NCBI RefSeq assembly: GCF_037042905.1
Contig: NC_087247.1
Location: 62,620,001 to 62,684,000 of the forward strand
Origin: Lytechinus pictus
Lineage: Eukaryota
Direction: 5' to 3'
DNA: 64,000 bases
In this document: piece after piece, positions 12,101-26,799 of the stretch
Position numbering within the stretch: the stretch's first letter is position 1
Layout of the letters: each line of letters starts with the position of its first letter
Made by a program: the position numbers and the translations under genes
The notes under the pieces: generated by a model
What the model was told of the DNA's origin: nothing
The model's input: only the letters and a program-made list of their open reading frames with translations
Database searches by the model: none

Positions 12101-15100
12101 TATTTTTTGTTTAACTTTTAAAAATGAAGATCAAATTATGTGATAGATTTTGACATGACATTAAGAAAACGACACAGAACCTTATCGTTTCTTTTCATTT
12201 CCTTTTCTCCTTTTTTTTTCCTGTGGTCGTAGAACTTTTTGTTTGGGGGTCGTGGTCCCACAAGCCCCCCATCTGTACGTCAGTGTGGCCCAATTCCTCT
12301 TTTTAATGAGCCTCATCAAACCCTCCTTGGGTAGGAACGAGTCATCACAAGCCTTTCTCAAAGATATTTAAGTACCAATTAATTTCTTCAAATTCCATAT
12401 CATTTTGTAAATGTCTGCGATTCAAATTCCGCACAATCTGAGTATTAAACAAATATGACCAAAATATTATTTACTGGGGTCAATATGATCATGCAGTAAA
12501 AAATCTATTAATTTGAAAAGTTTAACCCTATTTTTTTAGTTTGAAATTATGAAAATGATTTTTATTCATATTCTGAGAGTGAATAATCTTTAGAATCGCT
12601 TCGTAAATATCTTAATAGCTAAAACAACGTTTTTTCTTCGGCACCAATCAACAATTATATATGAACTTTGCCATTTTTTCCCTCAAAATTGTGCAATCAC
12701 TTAACTGATCATGATGCAGTTACCAACTTGTTTATATAGGATGAATATTCCCCGGGCATGCACGGCAAATCTATATTATTGGACAAAAACTTAAGACCTT
12801 TAAGGCATCACCTAGCATGACGTGTGTCACAAATTTATCACCATATCTGATGTGACAAGTGCATCCTTTTGCTCTCTAAGCAACTTTTTTTCTGCAAACT
12901 AATCTGGTATGAGTTCAGAAGATACATTAAAGGTTCTAGAAGTCTTCTTATTCTTAGTATATACTTTTACAAACATAAGCAACTTGTTGAGTTAGATGAG
13001 AAGACAATTAATGATGTATGTTAAGATTCATTTCTCTAATACCAAGTTAATCGAATCATGCAACCTCAACGATCGAATAAAAAAATACATTCCATATATC
13101 GTTTGTGCTGCATCGTTTCATTTTGGTTTTATTCTGTAACATCGAGACCTCGGTAAAAAAAAAAAAAAAGGGGGGGGGGCTGTCTCACTGACCATTGATT
13201 CTTCAATTATAATTATTGACACAATTTCGTGCAAGCATTACGTGATGTAGACAGAGTCAAATTGATTCTCATTTTATGTTATTGGTTTTAAAGGATCAGA
13301 CAGCGGAAACGTTTCCTGAAAAATCAGATTATCATGGCTGAATCATACTCTGTATGGCTGATAACTTTAAAATATGTTGTAACTGAGATTATTATACCCT
13401 CTAACTATTTAAGAATGATAGAAGTTTTTGAGCTTGTCATCAGTGCTATTGAGCAAGACTTAGGCCTATCAAATGTCAACAAGCAATTTTTTGTTTAAAT
13501 AGGTTCAATGCCCCTTATACCTCACTATATAAGTTTCACTGCGATGCAATAATCGTCAAAATGAGATAATCGAAGGGTTAAAGGGAGGTAGCATTTGACA
13601 AGGAGGTGAAAATAGCTTTTAGGCGACTTCCCTGGAAATTTCGAAGTTCATAGTCAACACCAAATAAATCTCCGGCGAGCGAATCCATGCATCTTATGGA
13701 CAATATGCTCATACAAAAACTGTATTTGATTACAAAATGGGAGCATATTCTTAATCAATGAGCTAAGGATATTCATTTGAATCCATTGGTCCTTTAATTT
13801 TAATCATTCGAAACTAATTATTATACGCTCCTTGGATTACAGTTTCGTAAAAACTGATATGAGTAATACATTTCCCAAAATAAAACAGACATTCAAGAAT
13901 TCAAATAACGTGTGTTGGTAAAAAAGATAAGAATATGTAGCAGGGAAGCCATATTGTAAAACAATACTTAAATGAATCGTAAATATTTTGAAAAAAAAAT
14001 TGATTGCTGTTTAAAAAGAAGTAAATGAATTGGGCATACAGCAGCATGTGTTCGAAAAAAAAAAACCGAAACGAGCCAGAGGTAAAGGCTGTATTGTGCT
14101 TATTGTTTTCCCTAAATAGGACAAATACTTGAAGCATCTTCAAGTAGCTTCTTTGAGGATAAAAGTGCTAAAATGTAACTCAACAATTTAGAGGTTTACC
14201 AATACAAACTATGATATCATGTTGAAAAAGAAGAATCATTTTTAGGGTACATCACTCAGCTATACTGGAAGTATCGCTTTTCAAGTTTCCGAGACGTAAT
14301 GGCGTTCATCTTGACCCAATTCTGTATGGTTCAAAGAGTGTCATTCGGTCTATTCCATTATATATTCATTCACTGTTTAAAGACAATCATGACAGCTTGT
14401 TGAAGTTCACTCTAAATACCTTAAACAAAGCTAAAAACCAGAGGACACTGGCTTCAGATTTTTCATTTTTCAAAGTTCTGAAATATTTAAGTCGACAGCT
14501 GGGATATATTTTCCATCTATTACATGATGGTGTATTATTCACCCTCTGTACAATAATTAAAAAACAATAAATCTTATTTTCAGTTTTAAACGCTGAATTT
14601 ATCAAATCTTGATTCGACTCATCAAGTTATTGTAATATCTTGTGAGATAAATAACGATAATCGAACCAAAGAAATTAACGGACAATAAGGCTCATATGGG
14701 GCTAACAGTTATCATTGGGACTATAATATGTTTGTCCGTCCTTGAACAAAGCCCTCATCTACTTATCACATTAGATATTCAGACATCAAAATTTCAAATA
14801 CTCAAAGTGTATAACAACAAGAAAATCAAGAAACATATGGAAGAAGAACTAGCCAAAATTCAACAAGTGTAAGATTAATAAATTAGATGCAAATATTTGT
14901 GCATTAAAACTATATTGATGATAAACATTTGAAGTCTATTGTTATCTTCTTGTAATACTGTCGATGTCGTGTATACCATAATAAGAAACAACATTATCAC
15001 CCTGTCACACTCAGTCAAAATATCTTGAAGAGGAAATTAAAAGATTGGTGCTAACGAAGTCATCTAGAGGGGGGGGGGGGGTATACACTGATATCAACAT

Positions 15101-15921
15101 TGGATGAAGTCAGGTTGATGTGACCATGTAAAATCCCAAACGTAATCATCTTGAATGGCAAGAGAGAGAGGAAGTGACTTTACTGAACACCATGATTTGA
15201 TTTGAAGACATTATGTCAATGACAAATACTCTGAGGCTTGAGATGGCGACACGTCATATATATTGAGAGGAAAGAGTTAGAACACGTCCTCGACACAACA
15301 CTTTACATGTCATTCAAGACATTTCGAATAAAATAATGAAAGCAAAGTTCAAATGCCCTTCCTCGAATTACGTACCTAAATAAGTTGTGAAAGCCAATTA
15401 CATAACTAATGACCCCCAATGAAATGAAAAGCCTGTTTATAAAGGCCAAATTTAAGGAAAAAAAATACTAATTCCAATGACGTGTTTGTGAAAGCAGTAT
15501 GAGAAGAAATGCTAAATCATAAAGAGCAATCTTATCAATAAATAGAAATAGAAAACGGGGAAAAAAATGGAAACAGAGTAGGCAAGCAGGCATTACAGTA
15601 CATTTGGGGGGGGGGGCTTGCGGCCATGAAATCCCCAAAGAATTCTCACGACCAGGAAAGAAACAAGAAAAAAAGACAGAAACGGAACAAAAATGGTGAG
15701 ATATAAATTATTTTCGGAATATTACATCAAAATCTATCACAGAAAAATGTCTGGCCCCCTCAAGATATTTTGCCTATTGAGCCACTGCAAGCGGGGAACC
15801 TGAGATTTAAACAAATTGAGAATCCACGGCGTTGCCAGAAATTGTTAACAGAGAGGAGAGGTGGATGCAAGAGGTGAGAAAGCGAAGCGTAAAACGATCA
15901 ACATTCATGTAAAATAGTTAA

Positions 15922-16591
15922 CCCCTCAAAAAAAAGTTTGGAAATCTGACTTTGATCGATAATCCCTCGTCGGTTTTAGTGAATATCTATGTGTGATTGA
16001 TGCGAATGAATAGATCATTTAATTCTCTTTAAAATGATACCCTACATGATATGATTATTATGGAGGTGCAGTGCCTTGAAATGTGGGGCAAGGTCAAAAT
16101 TCAAAAGTTGCAAAATCACACAATATTGAAAGTCACTGTTCTTTTTTTCTTGGTGACGAGTGAGTTTCTCAGCGGTTTCGTTTGTTTTCATGCATCTTAA
16201 CATCAACATTAACATGGAGATCTGTGAGATGGTTTGAGTCGTGGTTTGAATGCATGTTTGTTTGTTTGTTCTGTTTGCTTGTGCAGAGGTGTGTTTGATT
16301 CCATGTTAATGTCGATGTTAAGGTGCATGAAAATAAAAGAAACCGCTGAGAAACTCACTCATCACCACGGAAAAAAGAAAAGTGACTTTCAATATTGTGT
16401 AATTTTGCAACTTTTGAATTTTGACCTTGCCCCACATTTCAAGGCACTGCACCTCCATGTAAACCATAATCATATCATGTAGGGTGTAATCTTAAAGAGA
16501 ATTAAATGATCATCAAATATGCATTGTGTAAAATTTGAAGTTTTGGAAAAATTAAAGGCCAAACTCAGATTTCCAAACTTTTTTTGAGGAG
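15922..16591. mobile_element. foldback MITE, piggyBac-like TTAA|CCC end
   Basis: Ends TTAA|CCCCTCAAAAAAAAGTTTGGAAATCTGA and TCAGATTTCCAAACTTTTTTTGAGGAG; arms 16013-16222 and 16297-16511 are reverse complements. Confidence 0.8.
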
Positions 16592-17659
16592 TTTATTTCC
16601 TGCACACTGAATGTGACATTAAGGTTAGGGAAGCATGCTGCAGCAACTTGTGACGAGACGATTGTATGTGCGAGGGAGCGTAGCAAGCGAGGAAGAAAAT
16701 ATGTTTTCCCCCTGTAAAACTAAGTATATTGGAACATCAAATATACAGAAATAGACTAGGGCACTGCAATAATGGAATGTCGTTTGTACTTTGTACGTTT
16801 CCCCAGTGAAACTTTACAATTATTTAACTTTCGATTTGTTGTTGCTTTTTTTTGTGCTCGCCGGTCAACGGGGGGGGGGGGGGGGGGGGGTGCTGCACTC
16901 TCTTCCTCTGGCTAAGTAAAACAGTAAATACTCCTTTGCCGTTTTTAAACTTAAAGACGTCCAAGCCCACAAGCAGATCATTTCAAGGTATGTCATCTAA
17001 ATTAAACTTCTTTAAACCTTTTGATTCTTAATCAAAGGGCGAGTTTGCAGGAAAATCATTTAGATTTCAGATGTACCAAAATATTTGTTTAGCTTCAAAG
17101 TCTTTAAAATGAGCCAAGTTGAAATACCATATATTTCTTCCAACATTAGATTGCTTTTATTCATCGAGATGATCAATTCTGTTAATTCTTAATTCTGTCT
17201 TCTGTAGTGAAAAATTGTAATGAATATTGAAGTCAAATACGAAGGCTATACATTTTAAATTTTAAATTTAGCTGTTTTGATAAGGATTGAATTGAAAGAA
17301 GTACCAAAAACTTGCATTGGTAGTGCATGTTCTTTTATCTCCTAACGAAATTTGAATAACGATGATATATTATATATATTATTGTTGCATCGTCAACACA
17401 TTGTGGAAGTTCAACCTGGGGAATATAAAATAACACCCCTACGAAAAAATCATAAAAGGATCAAGAGGTAATACTCACTGGTCGCTTATGATCCACCGGA
17501 ATAAGATTATTTATCAGAAACATTTATTTCATTCAAGAGATTCTTCTTCTTTCTTCCTCTTTCTTTTCTTTCCGGAAAATGATGTTATTGTTACTTCAGA
17601 ACATTTCCAAACGATACATAAATCCGCACACACGAGCTCCTGAGACGCAACATGGCCAA

Positions 17660-17870
17660 ATGATTTCAAAACGATGATAAAGATCTTCGCCAATCGACCG
17701 TCAACTTCGATTGGTTACTAATTAAGAGTAGACGAGGCACGTACCTAGAAATAGTAAACTATTTCACTTCGATTAGTACAGACGATCAGACGGATATTTC
17801 CTCTTGTTTTTAGTCTCACTGCACTCCGTGAATTCGCGCCAAAAACTTTTTCTGTTACAGCCAATCGCTC
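17660..17870. promoter_or_regulatory. cell-cycle-type promoter-like motif cluster (NF-Y, E2F, CHR)
   Basis: CCAAT at 17690 and 17861, ATTGG at 17710, TTCGCGCCAAA at 17833, TTCAAA at 17665, local CpG enrichment. Confidence 0.35.
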
Positions 17871-20055
17871 GCTCCCTTCTGAGAGTTGTGAAGTCGCGCA
17901 CGTTGAATTGTGTCGGGTCACACTTTCAGATACGTTGCTCTACATTCATGTACACAGTATTTTCATTTTAAGGTTACATATTTACTTCAATTCTTATATC
18001 TGTGTCAACTTCAATTTCATGAAACATAATTTTGTAATCATATACACAAAAAGAACACCCGTTTCCTCTTTTCTTTTTCTTTCTATTCTTTTATCATTAT
18101 TTTGATGTGTCTTATTATGTGTTACTTTGATGACAGAGACATGCATGTGTAATACATATTATAATTTCTTTTGAGAACTTATTCTCACAAGGCATTTTTT
18201 TATTTCTCTTTAATTCAATGATAATATCTAATCTAGGCAATGCTTTCTTAATTTATAATATGATATTATTTTGTATATTATCTTATGCATTCCGAATTTT
18301 TGCATTGTACATATACATGTACATAGAGATTTTATTTTCTCTTCCCTTAATTTGCTATCTAGAATAGGGTAATTCTTTTATTTCTTTTCATTTTATATTA
18401 TCTTTTTTTGCATAACACTTGCATACAATGCCATTTTTGTACCTTACTTATTCCTTTGTATATACATGTATATTTTATTTATTCTGATTTTATATGCATT
18501 ATGCTGTAAATTATTTTTGTGTTTAAAGGAAATGTGGGAAAAAAGTTTTCAGTTTAATGTTGATATGCTGTTTTTAAACCTATTTAAAGTTTAATGAATA
18601 AACGAATTGAATTGAATCAGATTGAATGATGATATGTTGACCTATTATGACTCAAGTATGCATGTCTCTTTGTGTGCTGAATGTATGTGGCAGTGGGAGG
18701 GGTGGTTTTCCTTTGGAATATAAGACATCTATTTTATCTTTGCTTCCTCGAGATCTGACATGGAGAGAGAGAGATTTGATGAGCGATAAATGATTTTGAC
18801 AGGGAAGATTGGAAAAGGCATGTTGGGGGTGTTAACGAATTATTGACCTCCTCCTAAGGATATAAATTCCTTTCAATGTGTTACGGAGTTTAGAGGGTTC
18901 AGCAGAAGGACACTTGAAGATTACAAAAGTGCCAAATTGCCAGGCTCTTCCATTAAGCTCGTCAGCCCTATTGGACTTTTTCAACTCTGTGATAGGTAAA
19001 ACATTCCATGTAAACAAGTTTTTGCACCGCCACGCAAAAAAAAACTATAGAACGCAACAAATGTATTGAAAATGCCCGTCCAATGACAGTGAACAACTCC
19101 GAGGTCTTTGTCGAAAATTGGTGAACCGAAACAGCAGTTCGTCCTAAGTTTCAGAGCTGACAAAAATTGCAAATATGTCGTTTGTTCGGAGTACAGGATA
19201 AAGCTGCTCTTTTCATTCACCAATTTTTGACAAAGACTTCTTGATTGCTCATTGTCGTGAAGGACATTTGACAATACATTTTCTGTGTTTTTTAAAGTGT
19301 TCTGTGTCTCGTTGAGAAAATTCCCTATTTTGAGTGAATATGAAGAACGGGAGTGAAGGGAAGGAGCAACTAGGTTTGTTATCTTCACTTCAGAATAAGA
19401 CTACCATCATGTGCATATCATACTTTTGTGGAGTTTTAGAAAATGTGTTCATCGACAATAAAGACAAAAGGGGAAAGAGGGGTTTGAGAATTTCTGGGGA
19501 CATTGTCTCCCTGTCCAGCCCATGTTCCCATGTTAGAATGCTGCTCCCCGTTTTGTCCTTTTTACTTAATTAACATGCGTCACAATTGCTTACAATACCT
19601 TTCAACAGCTCGTACTTCTGTGTCGTAAACTACATACAACCTTCACTCATCAATTCCTGAATACAATTATTGTACACAAGGGGCCCTCTGGAAGTTCGCC
19701 ATGAACTGAATGTCGTAAACAATTAATACAATTCGCCAAATCAATCAGTAAATGATGTTAGCCATATCAGAAAGGAAAATGCTGATCCAGGGATAATTTA
19801 CGATCATTTTTTTTCAAGACATATTAATCATATAACTTCAATATCCAGAAAAGAATTAAGATATTACGTTGTTCCTTATCCAATCAGTATTTTGATCCAA
19901 CCAAAATATATGACGTTTTGTATTCCAAAGGGGTTCTACAGTGCTAAATAAATGTCACCAGCATTATATTGAACAGTTTAATCTTTGATGTTGAGAGAAA
20001 GTTTTGATCATCACTTCCCCAATTATGATTAGAAGCCTCCGTTTCCAATGACAAC

Positions 20056-20446
20056 CATGGGCGAAAATCCCAGGGGGACAGGGGGACGCGTCCCCCTACC
20101 CAAAATAGTAGGGGGGGCACAATATCAAATGCCCCCTACTATTTTTGGTCTATTATGATGGAAAGAAATACACCATTCAAAATCGAAATAAAACATGTAT
20201 TTTGGACGAGATTACCTTACTTTTTGGATGATAACCTTTTCTTCTTTTTTTTTTTCCTTTCAAATTTATTTTGATCGAAATGATCTTACATTTGGGGTGA
20301 TAACCTTTTTTTCTTCTTTTTTTTGCTTGTCAAATTCGTTTTGGTCTAAATGACCTTACATTTGGGGTGATACCCACCCTTTTTTTTGCTTGTCAAATTT
20401 TCCAGTCCCTGGTCCCCCTACCTTTGGGGAGAGATTTCCGCCCTTG
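20056..20446. mobile_element. hAT-type MITE
   Basis: TIRs CATGGGCGAAAATC / GATTTCCGCCCTTG; exact 8-bp TSD ATGACAAC (20048-20055, 20447-20454); three internal repeats resembling TGACCTTACATTTGGGGTGATAACC. Confidence 0.85.
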
Positions 20447-23400
20447 ATGACAACGCTTTTGAATGCCGTTCAAACATTGATTTCTTTGTGGAAACATTGT
20501 TGCGAATTAATTGAGAAAAGCTAATGATAAATGATTATGAAAATAACAAAACAACATCAATCCCTTCATTCCTACCCCTCCTCCTCCTCCTCCTACTACT
20601 ACTACTACCCCTAACCATTCAAATGAAACAGTGAAAAGACTTTCGATATATACAGATGGAATGTGCATGTCTCATGTTTGAATTTGGAAGTGTTTATATG
20701 AAAAATATTTCCACTGTAGAGAAGAGTACAGAGTCCTATTATATCATACAGCCTAAAATGAATATCAACCATCCAGATACTGTTTTCAAATTCAACATTA
20801 GGATTGCCATTTAATTTAAACAAATATGCAAAGAAATTAGAATATTTATCCCTTTTTTATGAAATATTGTTTTCTTGACAATTTGTTGGAGCTTCCAAAA
20901 GGTGTCAATAAAAGCAGAAGTGTCAAAATTATTTTAAGATGAGTCACTGTACGTCTGACACTACTGACCATACTTTGAAGCATGTATTGTGTCGGAAGGT
21001 GAGGAAACAGGCCTAACTTGTTCACATAATGAGTGATAATTACATAATTGAATGAAAAATAGGTAGCAATTATTCAATTTCTAAAACAGATGTGATTTGT
21101 CTCCAGACATATTCGATGAAGGAAGGCGTTAATGTGTGTACAGTGTATATTGACGAGCATAATATGAATATAATTGGTGGACACAAAGATGTCATCTGGT
21201 ATTAAAAGTTGGGCAAATAATTTGACATTAAAATACACCCAAGCCTCTGACATAATGCTTGTAATATACGCAGCGGCCCCAAAATATTGCAAACTCTTCG
21301 TTTTGATTAGAAATGTGTACGAAAAAGCCCCCTCTAATGTATGCACCATGCTATAGAATAAACAAAAATCGCCTTCGTGGAAAGTTCAGTAGCTTTGCTA
21401 CGCTCTGTCACATGATTATGTTTTCGAACATTATTTTAACGTATTCTTATCTGCTAGGGAAATTAAGTCTGATCACCAATCACAGCCGATCTGGAATGCA
21501 GTAACGACCCGAACATTTTATTTTTTGAAAGTAATATTCCTTGCTAGCTTTCAAAATACCAAAAATAGGCCTCATCAAAGATATGTTTGCTTGCACTCTT
21601 TGGAAACTAGATTAGTTTATTCCATTTACCTCTATGTTCTATGCAATCTTTCATAAAAATAACTCAGGAGAAAGTGTTATGAAGGCGGTTTAATGGAACC
21701 TCTTTTTGATGTTACCGTTTCTCCTAACATTATTCGTGGACTATCGTTCATGTGACCTCATCACACAGTATGGGGACCCCTCAAACAAAAAGTATTGAAA
21801 ATATAAACTCTTACCACCTGAAGTCGATCCTCTATCTAAAATGTTGGGATTGCCGTGTTCCTCGCAACTTTCTCCTCTCGACTCCTCAGACGTAGAAACG
21901 TTCAAAATTTTTATGATTTTACAGTAATTATCCTGTCCATCAACACATCCGTGTACTCTCTTCTATTGTACGTGCAGCGTTTGAAAATTGCAAACAGATT
22001 TTTCTTGCGAGAGTACAGTATAATAAGTAATCGATGATAATTATATGTGAATACGTATGACTATTGCCAGAAATATAGAAATACCAAAATTTTCATTTGA
22101 ATATAATAAAGAATTGTGATAGGCTAGATATCATAATATAGGCAATTCTTGGGAGGTTTCTAGTTTGGGTTTAAGTATTTTGATAAAGAAGCTGACAATT
22201 TAATGAGATGTCTGTCAGTTTAGTTTGGATATCATTCACAATCTTTTCTTGAATCTTATCGTGTCACATGGGTTCACGTAAACATAGCCTACTGAGAGTC
22301 CAGCCAGGGGATCCTTGTAAAAATGGGTCCTATTCACATAATAAAACCTATGCGTTTGTGTCCTAAATCATATCCGATTGTTAGAGAAAAAAAAAATCAA
22401 ATTGATCAAAAGGTTTAGTTGTCATCATATTTTTATCATCGATCCTAAAGTGATAAGTTAAATAAGACTGCATATAATTATGTCCAAAGAATAAGTTCAT
22501 CCAATGAATAGTTGGTCGAGTGAATGAAACAAGGAACACGTTCTAAGATTTGAATGTGATAAAGAAAAGTCAAGAAAAGTGGTAAATTGGGTCTAGAGTT
22601 TAATTATGAGAGCATATAGAGCTTCTGTCTTCATGGAATTGGTACAATTTCCGTTCTAATGAAGGTCAAAGATTGTTTGTCTCTAATTGCTATTATTGAT
22701 GTTGAACAGGATCATGCTTAATAAGACCATACTGTATATGAGGTCCGTCCTCTTAAAAAAGAACATAGGCTTACCTTCTGATCTACACTCAATAACCCAA
22801 TAGAACTGGGAGAATTAGTTTTCAAACGTGAATGTTGTGAAGTTCAGGTACGCTGCCAACCTTGTGGAGGACACATGCATGCGTGTAAGCGTGATAGTGA
22901 AGCTAAATAATGATTCCAAACCCCAGGCATCCAGAAGTCTACTTCCTTGCAGTCAGGAATTTCCAAGATTCAATCCTAATCTTCGCCTTCCTTATTCCGC
23001 TCGTCCTCTTTTTTTATCTTCTCATCTGCCTTCACTATCTCTGTTTTACCATCTTCCATTATTTTTTATCCACTTATTCTCTCTGATATTTCAGTTTTTA
23101 TCATTTGTCATTACTCACTTATTCTACCCCATTTGTCTTCCTTTTCTACTTCACCGCTCTTCTACTTTCCGTGTCCGTTCCCTAGGCTTCTACTCTCTAT
23201 TCTTTTTCTGTATCTGGGTTTACACTTTACCTTTCCTTTGCCCCTCAGCAAAATAAATTCATAAGCAATAGTTTTTCAATCTGTTTTCAGCTTCATGCCC
23301 TCATACTGATGATTCATTTTCATTTTATCTATTACTATAGATGGATTGTTATTAATTGAACTGTATCATTGGATTAGTGTAGATTTTTTTTACGCACAAC

Positions 23401-23514
23401 TTTCATTGATGTAGCTATGGACAACTTTTAATAGTATTCATTTTTTGGAACACAGATATTTGTCAATACCTTTAAAATTTTATAACATACATATCATGTA
23501 AATGCTTTTTTTCC

Positions 23515-23583
23515 CATCATAATCACCACCACCATTATAATTTTTATTATCATCATCATCATCACCATCATCATCATCACCAT
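23515..23583. repeat. (CAT/CAC)n microsatellite
   Basis: Direct read. Confidence 0.85.
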
Positions 23584-25079
23584 ATAAACTGAAATTACTC
23601 ATTAAAGAATGTGAAAAAAATCGGTGGGGATGATATGCACGAGTTTTGAACATTTTATTCCAATGCTTCACAGATACATATACACTTGTCCAAAATATGA
23701 ACTGTATAAAAACAGGACAAACGTGACAGGTATGTTATCATGCGTTTTTTTTCTTCTTCATATAAGCATAGATCTAATGGTGAAGAGCAGGCTTCATTCA
23801 AATCAGAAAAGATCTCCATAATTATAGATAGAGGAAGAAAACCGGAATATTAGGCTACGAAATTTGCAGAAAATAAACATTAAAATACGTTGATGTAAAT
23901 GTATAAGTAAGGAACGCGCAGGAAAAACATCAAGAAAATACAATGAAAACAGTGAAGTTTTGAGATAGAAAATTTATAAGCTCTTAGTAGATCAATATTC
24001 ACAAGGAAACCAATCTAGAAAAAAGTTGTTTTTAAAAGGGAAGAAAAGGGAAAATTACAGAAGCAGAAAGGTGAAAGTTTGAAAGAAATGAAACACGAGC
24101 GAGTCACAATTTTTAAGTTGTTTTTAAGAAGTTGTAATCATTATACCCATGGAGATATCAAATTGACTCCATTGATTTAATTGTGATGTAGGGTAAGGGC
24201 AACTAATTCATTTGCACTAATGCATGAAATAGCTAAATTGTCATGGTTTAATAGTTTTCCTCTATTACATTTTTCTTGGATGAAGGCATATAATAAAATA
24301 TAGGCCCCATATGAAAATTGAAGAGTTTTTAAATGTTAAAGTTTATGAATACAAATTCAAATACAGTGTATGCAATAAGTTCCTAGGTTAAATCATATTT
24401 GTGTGCATGTAATTTGCTCTGCCTGAGCAAACTTTTATGTGCATTGACAAATTATCAGAATGATAAGTAGGCAAATAAAAAAAAAACCTTTGAATTCTAC
24501 TTCTTGTATCCCTATAGACCTTGTACAGGGACCATTCAGTTCCAGTAGGCAATGTATGTACTGTATGTATTACTTTTTAGACACATATTGTAATTTGAAA
24601 TATGGAAGGATGGAACTGGTGACAATATCTACCTCAAGTGTTACCATTAAGTGTTACTGTACTAATACTGAATTGGTCAGGCTATTCAGGAAGAGGTAAT
24701 TAGTTACCTAAAGAAAAATCAGAACCCAAAAGGCAGTGTCCAATCCATTACGATTTAAACATTAAAAAAAAACTTTATTACCCCCCCAAAAAAAAAATAT
24801 ACATGTCCCAGAAAATGACAAGATACAATGTTGTGAATTCTGTGGTTTATGAGAGACAGAGAAGAGAAAAGATACTAACATGGTGACCATGCCTCGTTAG
24901 AGGGCTTTCATGATTACAGATCACATTTAAATAATTTCATACAGAATTCAATTGATTACATGATTTCAATTATTAAAAATACTACTCTGCACATATTTCA
25001 TAACAAACTCAATATAACAAACATTTAACAAACATACATACATATTCAGATGTCATCGGTATTGGTCATAACTTTGATA

Positions 25080-25647
25080 GAAAATGATACCCTTGAAACG
25101 ACAGCTTGTGCAAAAACACAAAAATAAAAGAAATAGATAAACGAAAGTTTGAGAAAATTGAATGAATAATAAGAAAGTAAGCATTTGAAGTTTAGATCAT
25201 TATTAAAATGTAGATCCTCCTATTGGCAACATGACAAAGATGAGTGACGTCACATGTGAACAACTTCCCCATTATTTTTTTTATATTTTTCACTAAAACT
25301 GCAATATCACATCTATCAGTAGATCATGTATTCTTTCTATAGGAGGGCATGTAATGCAGATTTTCAAGCAATACATTATGGATAAAGAGTTTGTATCACC
25401 ATAAGAGCAAAAATAGACAATTTTGGGGTATTCTATAGTCCATCAATGGGAAAGTTGTTCACATGTGACATCACAAATATTTGTCACATTGCTAATTGGA
25501 GGATCTCCATAGTATTAGTGATCGCAATATTCAAATGCTCATAACTTTCGCATTATTTGTCCGATTTTCCTCAAACATGCTTTGATCTAATTCTTTGTTT
25601 TTTCAGTTTCCACAAAAGCCAAGTTGTTCCAAAGGTTTCCTTCCCCT
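25080..25647. mobile_element. degenerate TTAA-type foldback MITE (Kolobok-like)
   Basis: Right end AAGGTTTCCTTCCCCT|TTAA; inverted CACATGTGAACAACTT / AAGTTGTTCACATGTG near 25250 and 25452; left end decayed. Confidence 0.6.
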
Positions 25648-26467
25648 TTAAGTATTTTTTTCAACAATAAAAACTAAAATGTTGGCAATGTTAGTCTCGA
25701 TCAGACCCTTTATAAATTTGTCTTACATTTCTTTTCTATAATAAACATTATTTCTATTGATTTTCAGTGGAGACTTCTACATTTGTGAAACTGTACAACT
25801 CAAGAACATCAAATGGTCTGGAAATAGGTTCAGCTCCTACGTTAACCCAAGTTCATCATATGAAATTACTTTGAACGAGCAAAAATAAAAAAAGGACTCC
25901 CATTTTATGAATGTCAAACTAATCAGGATATATTGTACATGTATGCTCTTACTAAATACAACAGTTACTGTTATAAAATTTAAAAATATTGAAGAGAAAC
26001 CTTACACTTTGAAAATTAAATTGACAACTAGCAATGCCACTTAGTCCTCCATTTACTTTTCATTCTATATATAAACCAAAAATATATCAAGCTTCATTAA
26101 GAGTAAAATAAAAAAGCAGGCTGGAAATTACATGGTATTCCTGCAGTCATCTTGCTTTTGAGCAAAGTGATGTCATTTTGATGGTTGCAGCAAAACACAA
26201 ATTATCAAATGTATACCAAAAATTGAGGCATACATGTACATGTTGACCTTTCATCAAACAAAATTCATGACCCAAATGTTTCACATACAAAAAAAATAAA
26301 CTTCAAAGCTTTTCTACAAGGGAAGTACAAAATCTTGCAGACAATTGAAGTGTTTGTGTATAATTTTTTTTTAAATGTGGGGGGGGGGGGGGGTATGGAG
26401 CAGCATAAACAAAACACAAATGTTCAGAAAGCAATTGATATCAAAATATCAGGACAGTACCAGAGCC

Positions 26468-26799
26468 GTGGTTCTGACTCTCGCCTTGTAAACAGACGGT
26501 TGTGTGTTCGAATCCCACTGCGGTCTAGCGCCCTTTGGCAAGGCGTTAATCCACACTTTGCCACTCTCAACCCAGGTGCTAAATGGTCACCCGGTAGGAT
26601 GCAAAAGTTTTTGTGTGTTAGACTTTGCCAGCACCATTATGAGGCCGCGATAAATGCAAGGAATGCTCCCCAGGGTGTGGAAATTATGCACTTTCCATGC
26701 AGCATTGAAATGAATCCAATGAACGGGGTAATAATATGCTGTAAAGTGCTTCGAGCCGTTATGGGAAAAGTGCTGTATAAAAACTAGTTATTATTATTA
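26468..26799 (+). mobile_element. tRNA-derived SINE, slightly 5'-truncated
   Basis: B box GTTCGAATCCC near 26506, core CCTTTGGCAAGGCG...ACCCAGGTG, LINE-like tail ending in (TTA)n; related copy at 56520-56806. Confidence 0.8.

Noticed and set aside
18830-19390. Cluster of short ORFs with faint NACHT-like wording (EFRGFSRRTLEDY)
   Set aside because: An in-frame stop lies between the nearest acceptor and the motif; no supporting domain.
26468-26530. tRNA gene
   Set aside because: No complete cloverleaf; it continues into a SINE body and tail.
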